From positions 2,846-66,845 of the forward strand of contig CAYYEP010000004.1 in NCBI GenBank assembly GCA_964470995.1: DNA of 64,000 nucleotides, written 5' to 3'. Below, piece after piece: positions 54,679-63,324 of the stretch. Source of the DNA: an uncultured Candidatus Saccharibacteria bacterium. GTDB taxonomy: Bacteria > Patescibacteriota > Minisyncoccia > Minisyncoccales > UBA5738. Every line of letters starts with the position of its first letter. Position 1 is the first letter of the stretch. Both the position numbers and the translations under genes were made by a program. Below the pieces are notes generated by a model. The model was given only the letters and a program-made list of their open reading frames with translations. It ran no database searches and had not been told where the DNA came from.

Positions 54679-55056
54679 ATGATTGCTCAATTCGCGATAT
54701 GGTATTTTGGGGAGGTACCCAAAAAGATTAAAAAGATATGGGTTAATTATCTTTGGTTTTTTGCACAGTATTTTGAAATCGGCCAGCTTTGCCGAGAATT
54801 TTTAGCACCTTGGAAAGGACTGACATTCCATCGCCAGAAGCGCGGGTTTGAATTGAGCGACGCCTTTTCGGCGTGGTTTGGTAATTTTTTTGTAACACGG
54901 CCGATCGGGGCGGTTATGAGATTGTTTTTCATATTGATCGGGGCGGTAGTGGAAATTATGGTGCTGACAGCGGGTATTTTAGCTTTTCTGGGGTGGATAG
55001 TTTATATTCCGGCGATATTTTATCTATTGGCCGCGGGGTTATCTTTTTTAGGGTGA
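54679..55056 (+). CDS. Small membrane protein
   Basis: 125 aa. The N-terminal W/F-rich segment ends in LAPWKG, followed by 2 TM helices. The ORF ends 12 nt before the Clp-like gene. Confidence 0.5.
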   Translation: MIAQFAIWYFGEVPKKIKKIWVNYLWFFAQYFEIGQLCREFLAPWKGLTFHRQKRGFELSDAFSAWFGNFFVTRPIGAVMRLFFILIGAVVEIMVLTAGILAFLGWIVYIPAIFYLLAAGLSFLG

Positions 55057-55068
55057 TTTTATTAAGCA

Positions 55069-58000
55069 ATGCCTTACGATCCAAAAAAAAGTTTGATATT
55101 CCGTGGGGTTGATTATGTGCGGTTTATCCCGGCGGGGGCAATAGGTTTGGTTAAAAAAATAAACCAGGCGGTTTTGGCGGCAGTTTTTGTTTTTTGGGGA
55201 GCATTGGCGGCAATATTAAATTTTATGCCGGGATTGGGGGTGAGTTTGGGGCTTGACGCGCGCGCGGCGGCCGAATTGGGAGATTTTTTTTGGGGAGCAG
55301 GATTGGTATCGTTGGCGATGGTTATGGGGGCAAATCTGGTGCTTGGTTTTACGCGCCAGCGGTTAATGAGTTTTGGCAGGATAATCGAAGACGGGGTTTT
55401 ATTAGATGATAATTATCTTGAATATTTGGATTTTGAGGCGGCGCGCGTGTTTAAAATAACAATGGAGCGGGCCGGTGCGCCTTTTGCAACCGGCCTTTTG
55501 GAAAACATCATTAAGGGTCGCAAACTGGATTTTTCGATGCGCCGGCTTTGTATTGACGGGGCGTTTTTTGAAAAGATGGCGCGGGATTCGCTTAAAGAAC
55601 AGATGAAAGATGATTCGCCGCAAGCAAAAGCGGGTTTAAGCAACGATAACGCCAATAAAATTGAAGCGGTTCTAATCAGTGCGATTGACTTGGCGCGCCG
55701 CAACCAAGAGAAGAAGATCTCGATTTTTATACTTTTTTTGAGTTTAATGGAGATTGAACCCGCGTTTAAGGCGATATTGGATAAATATGAATTGTTGGAA
55801 GAGGATGTGGAATCGACGGTTGTGTGGCAAATGCGCATGGAAGCGTACCGCCGATGGCGCCAGCGGTATTGGGAGCGGGATAATTTGCGTTTGGCGCTGG
55901 CGTTTAAGCCGGTAGCGAGCTTGATCGGGGGCTATACGGTAACGTTGGATCAATATAGCCGCAATTTATCGGCGCATAATCCGTTGCGCCAGGGAGGGGT
56001 GGTATTGCATCAAAAGGAAATCGAAGAGCTGGAAGGAATGCTTTGCAAAGAGAATGGCAACGGGATATTGCTGGTGGGTGAAATGGGTTGCGGTCGTAAA
56101 AGCATTGTTCACAATTTTGCCAATCGGGTTGCCAGAGAGAACAGTTCGGGCGATTTGAAGATGTTGCGGATATTAGAATTGGATATGGTGGCGCTGATCG
56201 GTGCTTATAGCAATCGGGCTCATTTGGCGGCGGTGCTTGAAACAATATTTATGGAAGCGGTTAAGGCTAAGAATGTGGTGCTGGTGATCCCCCAGATAAA
56301 TAACTATTTTGGCGGTAAATACGGAACCGAAAAAATGGTGGCCGCGGATATCAGCGGCGTAATCAGCCAGTTTCTGAAAATAAAGGGGTTTCGTTTGATT
56401 GGCATTACCACCTACGAAGGATTGCACGGGTCGATTGAGCCCGCGGCCGATGCGGCGGCGCTTTTTACAAAGATTGAGGTAGCACCAGCGGGATCGGCCG
56501 ATGCGATACGCGTTTTAAAAGAGCTAAGCTTGCGGCTGGAAAAGAAAAATAGGTTGTTTATTCCGATAACCACTTTAAAAGAGATAGTTAAACTTTGTGA
56601 TTACTTTTTGGGTGACCGGGCGTTTCCGTTAAAGGCGGTTAATCTTTTGGATGAGGTGATTGCCAACAAAATGAGCCATCCGGGCATTTTACGGGCGATT
56701 ATGCCTGGAGATATAGATATGTTTTTCTCGCGTAAATATGAGGTGCCGGCCGGGATAGCGGGTGTTAAAGAAAAGGAAATTTTGCTTAATCTTGAAGATC
56801 ACATTCATGAAGGATTGATCAACCAAAAAGAAGCTGTGGAGGAATTGGCTAACGCATTGCGACGGGCGCGGGCTGAGATCAAGAAGCGCAAACGAACAAT
56901 TGGTAATTTTCTGTTCTTGGGGCCGACGGGAAGCGGTAAAACCGAGACGGCTAAACAGCTGGCGCGGGTTTATTTTGGGTCGGAGAAAAATATGATCAAG
57001 CTTAATATGGCCGAATATCAGACGGCGGAATCAATCAATAAGCTGTTGGGAAGCGCGGGGACGGCGGGGTTGCTGACTACGGCGGTGCGGGAAAATCCGT
57101 TTTCGCTTATTTTAGTTGATGAAATTGAAAAGGCTGATAAGGGGGTACTTGATCTTTTTTTGAACATTTTTGACGAAGGCGAACTGGCCGACGGTATGGG
57201 TAAGATTGTCGATTTTCGGCATACGATAATCATTGCGACATCGAATGCGGGTGCCGAGTACATCAAGGAAGCGGTGGAGCGCGGCAGTACGATGCGGAAT
57301 CTTAAGGATACAATGCTGGATAACCTGATGCGGCGCAATGTTTTTAAGCCGGAATTTTTGAATCGTTTCGATGCGATTGTGCTTTACAGGCCGTTGAACC
57401 GCGAAGAAATGAAACAGGTGGCCGGATTAATGGTCAAGGATATTAAGGACAGATTGCGCGATAAGCGGATCGAGCTGGTGGTGACCGATGAATTGTTGGC
57501 GGGTCTTGGCAAGATCGGATTTGATCCGGTATTCGGCGGCCGGGCAATGCGCCGCGCGGTACAGGATAAGATTGAAAACGCAGTGGCGCGGGCGTTGTTG
57601 CTGGAGAGGATAAAATCGGGAGATATTTGCGAGTTTGATCCAAAAAGCTGGGAATTGCTGGTAGGGGAGGAACGACGCAAACATTATGACAATAATGTTA
57701 ATGTCGTTGAAGGAGATGATCCGATTGCAAAGATATTGTTGCGGCTGGAGGACCGTATCCATGAGGGGTTGATCGACCAAGAAGAAGCGGTTAAGGAATT
57801 GGCTAATGCATTGCGACGGGCGCATGCTAATTTGAAAGAGCGAAAACGTACAATTGGCTGTTTCCTTTTTTTGGGGCCGACGGGGTGCGGAAAAACCGAG
57901 ACGGCTAAACAGCTGGCGCGGGTGTATTACGGTTCGGAGAGTAATATGGTTCGTTTGGATATGGCCGAATACCAGACACCCGATTCAATCGAGAAGTTGA

Positions 58001-58647
58001 TTGGCAACATTCAGACACCGGGATTGCTGACGACCCGGATAATAGAGAATCCGGATTCTTTAATCCTGATTGATGAGATTGAGAAATCAATTCCACAGGT
58101 ATTGAATATTTTTTTAAGCGTGTTCGATGACGGCCAATTATCCGACGGTATGGGACAGGCAGTAGATTTTACGAATACGATTATTGTTGCCACTTCTAAT
58201 GCGGGTGCCGAGTACATTAAGGAGGCGGTTCAAAAGGGAATATATCTGGACGGCAAGTTTAAGCGGAATTTTTTAGATTATCTTCTTGGGCGGGGAGTAT
58301 TTACGCCGGAATTTTTGAATCGTTTCGATGCCGTATCGCTTTACCGGCCGTTGAATGCCAAGCAAATGAGACAGGTGGCCAGTTTGATGTTGGGCGATAT
58401 CAAAAAAGGGTTGGCGCTCAAGGGTATCCGGCTTGAGACGGGAAACGAATTGTTGGATAAATTGGTACAAATCGGATTTGATCCGGTATTCGGCGGCCGG
58501 GAAATGCGGCGGACGGTGCAGGATAATGTTGAAAACGCGATTGCCACCGCTTTATTGTCGCGTTCGATCCGCGGGGGGGATGTTGTGGAAATCGACCCTT
58601 ATACGTGGCAGGCGGTAGTGGTAGGCAAGACCGCTGAAGGAAAATAA
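55069..58647 (+). CDS. Membrane-anchored Clp/Hsp100-like AAA+ protein with degenerate D1 and two tandem D2 modules
   Basis: 1192 aa. N-terminal TM helices are followed by Clp_N-like repeats. D1 has GEMGCGRKS in place of GxxGxGKT and VLVIPQINN in place of hhhhDE. D2a (from aa 571) has GPTGSGKT, LILVDEIEKA, ATSNAG and FGGRAMRR. D2b (from aa 889) has GPTGCGKT, LILIDEIEKS, ATSNAG and FGGREMRR. Confidence 0.8.
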   Translation: MPYDPKKSLIFRGVDYVRFIPAGAIGLVKKINQAVLAAVFVFWGALAAILNFMPGLGVSLGLDARAAAELGDFFWGAGLVSLAMVMGANLVLGFTRQRLMSFGRIIEDGVLLDDNYLEYLDFEAARVFKITMERAGAPFATGLLENIIKGRKLDFSMRRLCIDGAFFEKMARDSLKEQMKDDSPQAKAGLSNDNANKIEAVLISAIDLARRNQEKKISIFILFLSLMEIEPAFKAILDKYELLEEDVESTVVWQMRMEAYRRWRQRYWERDNLRLALAFKPVASLIGGYTVTLDQYSRNLSAHNPLRQGGVVLHQKEIEELEGMLCKENGNGILLVGEMGCGRKSIVHNFANRVARENSSGDLKMLRILELDMVALIGAYSNRAHLAAVLETIFMEAVKAKNVVLVIPQINNYFGGKYGTEKMVAADISGVISQFLKIKGFRLIGITTYEGLHGSIEPAADAAALFTKIEVAPAGSADAIRVLKELSLRLEKKNRLFIPITTLKEIVKLCDYFLGDRAFPLKAVNLLDEVIANKMSHPGILRAIMPGDIDMFFSRKYEVPAGIAGVKEKEILLNLEDHIHEGLINQKEAVEELANALRRARAEIKKRKRTIGNFLFLGPTGSGKTETAKQLARVYFGSEKNMIKLNMAEYQTAESINKLLGSAGTAGLLTTAVRENPFSLILVDEIEKADKGVLDLFLNIFDEGELADGMGKIVDFRHTIIIATSNAGAEYIKEAVERGSTMRNLKDTMLDNLMRRNVFKPEFLNRFDAIVLYRPLNREEMKQVAGLMVKDIKDRLRDKRIELVVTDELLAGLGKIGFDPVFGGRAMRRAVQDKIENAVARALLLERIKSGDICEFDPKSWELLVGEERRKHYDNNVNVVEGDDPIAKILLRLEDRIHEGLIDQEEAVKELANALRRAHANLKERKRTIGCFLFLGPTGCGKTETAKQLARVYYGSESNMVRLDMAEYQTPDSIEKLIGNIQTPGLLTTRIIENPDSLILIDEIEKSIPQVLNIFLSVFDDGQLSDGMGQAVDFTNTIIVATSNAGAEYIKEAVQKGIYLDGKFKRNFLDYLLGRGVFTPEFLNRFDAVSLYRPLNAKQMRQVASLMLGDIKKGLALKGIRLETGNELLDKLVQIGFDPVFGGREMRRTVQDNVENAIATALLSRSIRGGDVVEIDPYTWQAVVVGKTAEGK

Positions 58648-58721
58648 ACCGGATTGCTGGCGACCGTTTGCGTTAAGGAACGCGGTTATATGCCAGCAAT
58701 CAGTTTGCCAAAAGACATAAT

Positions 58722-60359
58722 ATGGGAAATTTACCAAACAAAATTAAAACTACGCAATTCATCTTCCTGGCAATTACGGCGGTTTTAGGTTTGGCGGCGG
58801 TTTTCGGCCGCGCGGCGGCAGAGTCATGTTCCGCTGATGATCCTTGCGGTTTTGGGAAAATTTGCTTTAACGGCAAATGCGCAGACAGCGGCAGTGTTGA
58901 TTGTACTAACCACAGCCAAATGGAATGTTATGATAATGATGTGTATTGGTACGATTCGTGCGGTACGCGCGAGGAAAAGTCCAAAGACTGCGGAGAGGAT
59001 TCTTATCTGACGGAATATCAGTGCAGTTCAACTATGGCACAACAGGGAGTGATTGCGCGAGGTTGCGATAAGGGTGAATGCCAGGAAGTGAGGGGCTGGA
59101 TTGATCTTCAAAATTGCGATGACACGGGGTTGGTTTGCCGTGACGGCGCCTGCCGGGCCGGAGATGCAACACCGCCGTTATTGTATTCTCTTTTGCCTTC
59201 GGGAGAAGTGAATTCTTCCCGGGTGGTGTTGTCGCTGGCCACTGATGAGAAGGCGGAGTGCCGGTATAGTTATTATGACGTAGGTTATGACCAAATGGGG
59301 ATGAAATTCGCCACAGGCGACGGCATACGTCATTCGGTGGCGACAAATTTGGCCGCCCCGGGAAATTATATTTTTTATGTGCGTTGCCGGAACGGGGCGG
59401 GAAACGTTAATCTGGTATCAAATAAAATATCATTTTCCTATGTTTTGGATTTAAAAAAAACAAATTCCGCGGAAATGACGGCTGTAGGCCAGGATTTAAC
59501 ACCGCCCGCAATATCGGCGTCAAGCCTAAAACCGTCCGGAAAAGTTTATACCGCAGTCGTGGAACTTTCATTGGTGACCGGCGAGAAGGCAAATTGCCGT
59601 TACGATACCCGGGATTTAATTTACGCGTCGATGACGAGCAATTTTAATCGCGACACGGGCGGGACCGTCCATTATAAAGCAGTAACCTTGCCTGGATCGG
59701 GGAGTTACGCGTATTATGCAAGGTGCCGGGACACCGCCGGAAATGAAAGTAATTCGTCGGCGGTTATTGAGTTTGAATATGCCGGAGATTCAACTAGCGG
59801 TTTATTAATTTCGGATACAAAGCCAGCTGGCGCTATTTATCAAAAGACGGTGGCATTGGAAGCGGTTACAGACAGCACGGCGATATGCCGTTATTCGGCA
59901 ACTGAAACTGATTTTGAATCGATGGTTGATGAATTTTCTTCAATTAACGGCGTGCAGCATCTGGCAGTGGTTACTTTGGATGATTTTGGCGATTATAATT
60001 TCAGTGTTGCGTGTGTCGGCGATGGCGCGCGGGATAAAAACGGAACGGCGCATATAGTTTTCCAGTATAAGGATTCGAATGGGATGGGAGCCGCGGTGCC
60101 GGAACCGGTCAAATGCGATAATGCGGTTTTGGGTAAAAGCGACGGGATTTGCGAAGCCATTGCCGATTGCGTATGCGATCCTGATTGCGGCGGCCAGGAT
60201 TCTGATTGCGCCAAAATTCAAGATAATAAGAAGATCGGCGTTCCGGTTTTGGGTTTGGCGGCGGCGGTTATTGCGGGGTTGGCGGGCGTTTATATGGTGA
60301 GAAAAAGGGCCGGAGGAAGATCGGAAGATTCCGGCGAGGACGATTCTTTGGGATTGTAA
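58722..60359 (+). CDS. Cys-rich surface protein with three ~95-aa repeat modules and C-terminal TM anchor
   Basis: 545 aa. It has a signal peptide and a Cys-rich N-terminal region. The repeats carry the paired motifs AECRYS...YVRCRNGAGN, ANCRYD...YARCRDTAGN and AICRYS...SVACVGDGAR. The C-terminus is VLGLAAAVIAGLAGVYMVRKR. Confidence 0.65.
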   Translation: MGNLPNKIKTTQFIFLAITAVLGLAAVFGRAAAESCSADDPCGFGKICFNGKCADSGSVDCTNHSQMECYDNDVYWYDSCGTREEKSKDCGEDSYLTEYQCSSTMAQQGVIARGCDKGECQEVRGWIDLQNCDDTGLVCRDGACRAGDATPPLLYSLLPSGEVNSSRVVLSLATDEKAECRYSYYDVGYDQMGMKFATGDGIRHSVATNLAAPGNYIFYVRCRNGAGNVNLVSNKISFSYVLDLKKTNSAEMTAVGQDLTPPAISASSLKPSGKVYTAVVELSLVTGEKANCRYDTRDLIYASMTSNFNRDTGGTVHYKAVTLPGSGSYAYYARCRDTAGNESNSSAVIEFEYAGDSTSGLLISDTKPAGAIYQKTVALEAVTDSTAICRYSATETDFESMVDEFSSINGVQHLAVVTLDDFGDYNFSVACVGDGARDKNGTAHIVFQYKDSNGMGAAVPEPVKCDNAVLGKSDGICEAIADCVCDPDCGGQDSDCAKIQDNKKIGVPVLGLAAAVIAGLAGVYMVRKRAGGRSEDSGEDDSLGL

Positions 60360-60431
60360 TCGCAGATAGTATCGCTATTTCCGTATGTCGGGTGCCATGC
60401 TAAAATTATTATATTTGTAATTCAAATTAAA

Positions 60432-61403
60432 ATGGATATCATCGATGAATTAAAGAAGGCGAATTTAAAAGGAAGAGGCGGCGCGGGGTTTCCTGCGTGG
60501 CAAAAGTGGCAGATGGTAAAAGATGCGCCGGGCGAAACCAAATATGTTGTTTGCAATGTGTCCGAAGGCGAGCCGGCGGTGGCCAAGGACGGCCACATTC
60601 TGGAAAAATGGCCCGATATTGTGGTTGAGGGGATTGAATTGGCGATGAATGAAGCGGGAGCAAAAAAGGGTTATTTATATTTGCGCCGGGATTATTTTGA
60701 TAAGTTTAAAAATGCGCTGGCCGAAATTATCGGCGCACGGGCGATAAAAATCATCCGCGAACCGGGCGGGTATCTGGGCGGCGAAGAAACCGCGCTGTTG
60801 GATTCCATTGAAGGAAAAGCCGTGGAGCCGCGGATCAAGCCGCCGTTTCCGCCTCAAGCGGGTCTTTGGGGCTGTCCCACTTTGATCAATAATTTGGAGA
60901 CCTTGTATTTTGCGGCAAGGATTGTCTGCGGCGAATATAAAAATACGCGCTTTTACACCATTGCCGGCGATTGCGCTTGCCCGGGAGTGTTTGAGCGGAG
61001 CGAAAGCTTGACAATCAAGGAAATTTTGGAAAAGACCGGCAATCTGCCGCAATTCAAATTTTTTGTGCAGGCCGGGGGCGGTGCCAGCGGCACCATTATG
61101 TTATCGGATGAATTGGAGGTTCCTTTGTCCGGCGCGGGATCAATCGTGATCTATGACAAAGCCAAAACCGATCCGCGGCAGTTGGGGTTGAAATGGATAA
61201 ATTTTTTCATCAACGAGAATTGCGGCAAGTGCGTTCCCTGCCGCGAAGGCGTTTATCGCCTGCGCGAGATTTTTTCAAAAGAGCCGCTTGACATTGCCCG
61301 GGCGCAAAGCATCGTCAAGCTGCTGGCGGTGGCCAGCTTCTGCCCCTTTGGCAAAGGCGTCGCGAATTCTTTTGGCAGTTTGTTGGAAAAAATAATCAAA
61401 TGA
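60432..61403 (+). CDS. NuoF/HydB-like flavoprotein subunit (FMN + 4Fe-4S), short form
   Basis: Motifs GRGGAGFPAWQKW, VCNVSEGEP, GEETALLDSIEG, PPFPPQAGLWGCPTLINNLET and NCGKCVPCREG. Confidence 0.8.
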   Translation: MDIIDELKKANLKGRGGAGFPAWQKWQMVKDAPGETKYVVCNVSEGEPAVAKDGHILEKWPDIVVEGIELAMNEAGAKKGYLYLRRDYFDKFKNALAEIIGARAIKIIREPGGYLGGEETALLDSIEGKAVEPRIKPPFPPQAGLWGCPTLINNLETLYFAARIVCGEYKNTRFYTIAGDCACPGVFERSESLTIKEILEKTGNLPQFKFFVQAGGGASGTIMLSDELEVPLSGAGSIVIYDKAKTDPRQLGLKWINFFINENCGKCVPCREGVYRLREIFSKEPLDIARAQSIVKLLAVASFCPFGKGVANSFGSLLEKIIK

Positions 61404-61786
61404 ATTATAAAGGCGTAATAATAGAAGAAAGCCTTGAAAATAAGGATATTTTAGATAAAATATCGATCTTAGCGACAAAAAAGGAAATTGTTACGGAAAA
61501 GCACAAAACTCCTTGGATAAGACAGTGGACGCTCCATACAGTGGAAATTGATTTGGATTCAGCGGAAGAAATTGCGCGCGAAATAAGCAAGTCGTTGGAT
61601 TCAATCCATGATTGGTATGCGGATTTCAAAAATGACAAATCCCATTATGTTGTTTTCAGGAATAAAGTTTTTAAAATCGATTTGGCAAAGCCAAAGTATC
61701 GGGACGCGATCGAATACGGGGTAAAACATGGAATTCCTTGGTATCAGCTTGATTTTTCGCCGGAAATAGAAGAATGGAAACGGTAA
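61400..61786 (+). CDS. Hypothetical protein (AT-rich insert)
   Basis: 128 aa. Its start overlaps the upstream stop (ATGA). No recognised motif. Confidence 0.45.
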   Translation: MNYKGVIIEESLENKDILDKISILATKKEIVTEKHKTPWIRQWTLHTVEIDLDSAEEIAREISKSLDSIHDWYADFKNDKSHYVVFRNKVFKIDLAKPKYRDAIEYGVKHGIPWYQLDFSPEIEEWKR

Positions 61787-61794
61787 TTTATTTT

Positions 61795-62297
61795 ATGAAA
61801 TCCAAAGAAAATAATTATGCGTTTATTGACAGCCAGAATTTGAATCTTGGGGTGAGAAGTCAGGGGTGGTTTTTGGATTTTTTAAAATTTCGCGTTTATT
61901 TGGCGGAAAAATATGGCGTGAAGGTTGCTTATTTGTTTATTGGCTATATTCAAAAAAATCAAGATTTGTATTCCAGTTTGCAAAAATGCGGTTATGTTTT
62001 AATCTTTAAACCGACATTGCCTGAGGGGATGGCAACATTAAGGGCAATGTTGATGCTGATTTGGTACTGCAAACGATGATTGAATTTCAAAATTACGATA
62101 AGGCCGTGATTATTTCCAGCGATGGCGATTTTTATTCGTTGGTTAAATATCTTTATGAGCATAATAAATTACGCGTGGTTATTAGTCCGTATCATAAAAC
62201 TTGTTCGTTATTGTTGAGGCAGTCGGCGAGAGAAAAAATGGTATTTATTGATAATTTGCGCCAGAAATTGGAATATACAAAAAACACCGCCAAATGA
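61795..62297 (+). pseudogene. NYN/LabA-like (PIN-fold) nuclease-domain gene interrupted by a frameshift at a G4 run
   Basis: Frame 1 gives NYAFIDSQNLNLG...VLIFKPTLPEG. The -1 frame continues from nt 62028 as DGNIKGNVDADLVLQTM...VIISSDGDF. The junction is at gagggga (62023-62029), and one extra G would restore a single ORF. Confidence 0.6.
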
Positions 62298-62387
62298 CGG
62301 AACATTTAGAGGTGTTTTTTATGTGAATTCTATTATAATTGTAGCAGTTTAATTTTTTTTGTCAAGCATAAATTTGGGACATGATAA

Positions 62388-62467
62388 TTAACGAAAAAAT
62401 ATGAAAATAACAATTGATAATCGGGAGGTGGAAGCAAGGGAGGGGCAGACAATATTGGAGGCGGCGC
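62388..62467 (+). repeat. 80-bp direct repeat, upstream copy
   Basis: It matches 63325-63404 at 78 of 80 positions (mismatches at 62411 and 62412). It covers 13 nt of leader plus the first 22 codons of the NuoG-like gene. Confidence 0.95.
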
Positions 62468-62484
62468 CGAAACTTTGCCGGTGA
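62401..62484 (+). pseudogene. Vestigial 5' fragment of the NuoG/hydrogenase-like gene
   Basis: The fragment MKITIDNREVEAREGQTILEAAPKLCR* compares with MKIIIDNREVEAREGQTILEAARENG... at 63338. Confidence 0.7.
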
Positions 62485-62688
62485 ATTTCAGCATTGTCAG
62501 AGCCCTTTCCTTAAAAGACCGGTTGCTGGTTTCTTCGCTTGCCCGCCTGCTCGCGGTCGGAATCGGAAGTTTGTGTTGGATAAAACTGAACAGCTACCGG
62601 AAATTCGCTTTTTATATTCCCTTGGATGTTGTATGATTGCAGTAATAATAATATTTTTCCGAATAGATAAGGAAAAATAATAAAGATT

Positions 62689-63138
62689 ATGTTAGGACCT
62701 GAAAATTGCATGGGAAGCGCCCCGTTGGAAGACATGGAAGAGGAATCGTTGAAAGAGGCGAAGGATAAGATGAGAGACGAAATAGTTTCCGAAGGTTTTG
62801 AAAAAGTCGAAATTTTCGGAAGCGAGGAGCCGATAGATCTATATGTTATCAGATTAAAATCACCCTACAAATGTACGGGGATAGACGGTAAGGAAGAAGT
62901 GAGATATATGGCTGATGCGATGATAGGTTTTAATGAGGAGCAAGCACGCAGATATGCGAGCCATACGGCGTTAACCAGGGAGGCTAATCACTGTGGCATT
63001 CTGGACGACGGCACGATCAAGCCATTCATGAGTCTAAGAAGTCTTCGGGAAGAACAAGAGAACTTTGAGAGGGAAAAAGCGAAACAAGACGAAATTGATC
63101 GGAAACAAAGCAATGCCGCGGAAAGGTTTGTCAAGTAA
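62689..63138 (+). CDS. Hypothetical acidic protein carried between the 80-bp repeats
   Basis: 149 aa with no recognised motif, followed by a 14-bp-stem hairpin. Confidence 0.5.
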   Translation: MLGPENCMGSAPLEDMEEESLKEAKDKMRDEIVSEGFEKVEIFGSEEPIDLYVIRLKSPYKCTGIDGKEEVRYMADAMIGFNEEQARRYASHTALTREANHCGILDDGTIKPFMSLRSLREEQENFEREKAKQDEIDRKQSNAAERFVK

Positions 63139-63208
63139 ATTTTTTGCCAAAAAATATTTCTGTCGCGCAAGGGCGCAATAACGGATGAAAGAAAGGGGTA
63201 TATTTCTC

Positions 63209-63240
63209 AACCAAAATCCGCCGAAAGGCGGATTTTGGTT
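63209..63240 (+). terminator. Strong hairpin / probable terminator
   Basis: aaccaaaatccgcc-gaaa-ggcggattttggtt (perfect 14-bp stem), followed by a T-rich tract. Confidence 0.55.
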
Positions 63241-63324
63241 CGACTTTGTTTATTTTCGGCAATATAGTATAAAGGAATTATGAGCTGGCTTCGGAAGTTT
63301 TGCGCAAAAATATAGATGCGGTTT

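Noticed and set aside
62414-62680. An 88-aa plus-strand ORF.
   Set aside because: It is out of frame with the duplicated gene start that it overlaps. Its translation is R-rich, and it is most likely non-coding spacer within the insertion.
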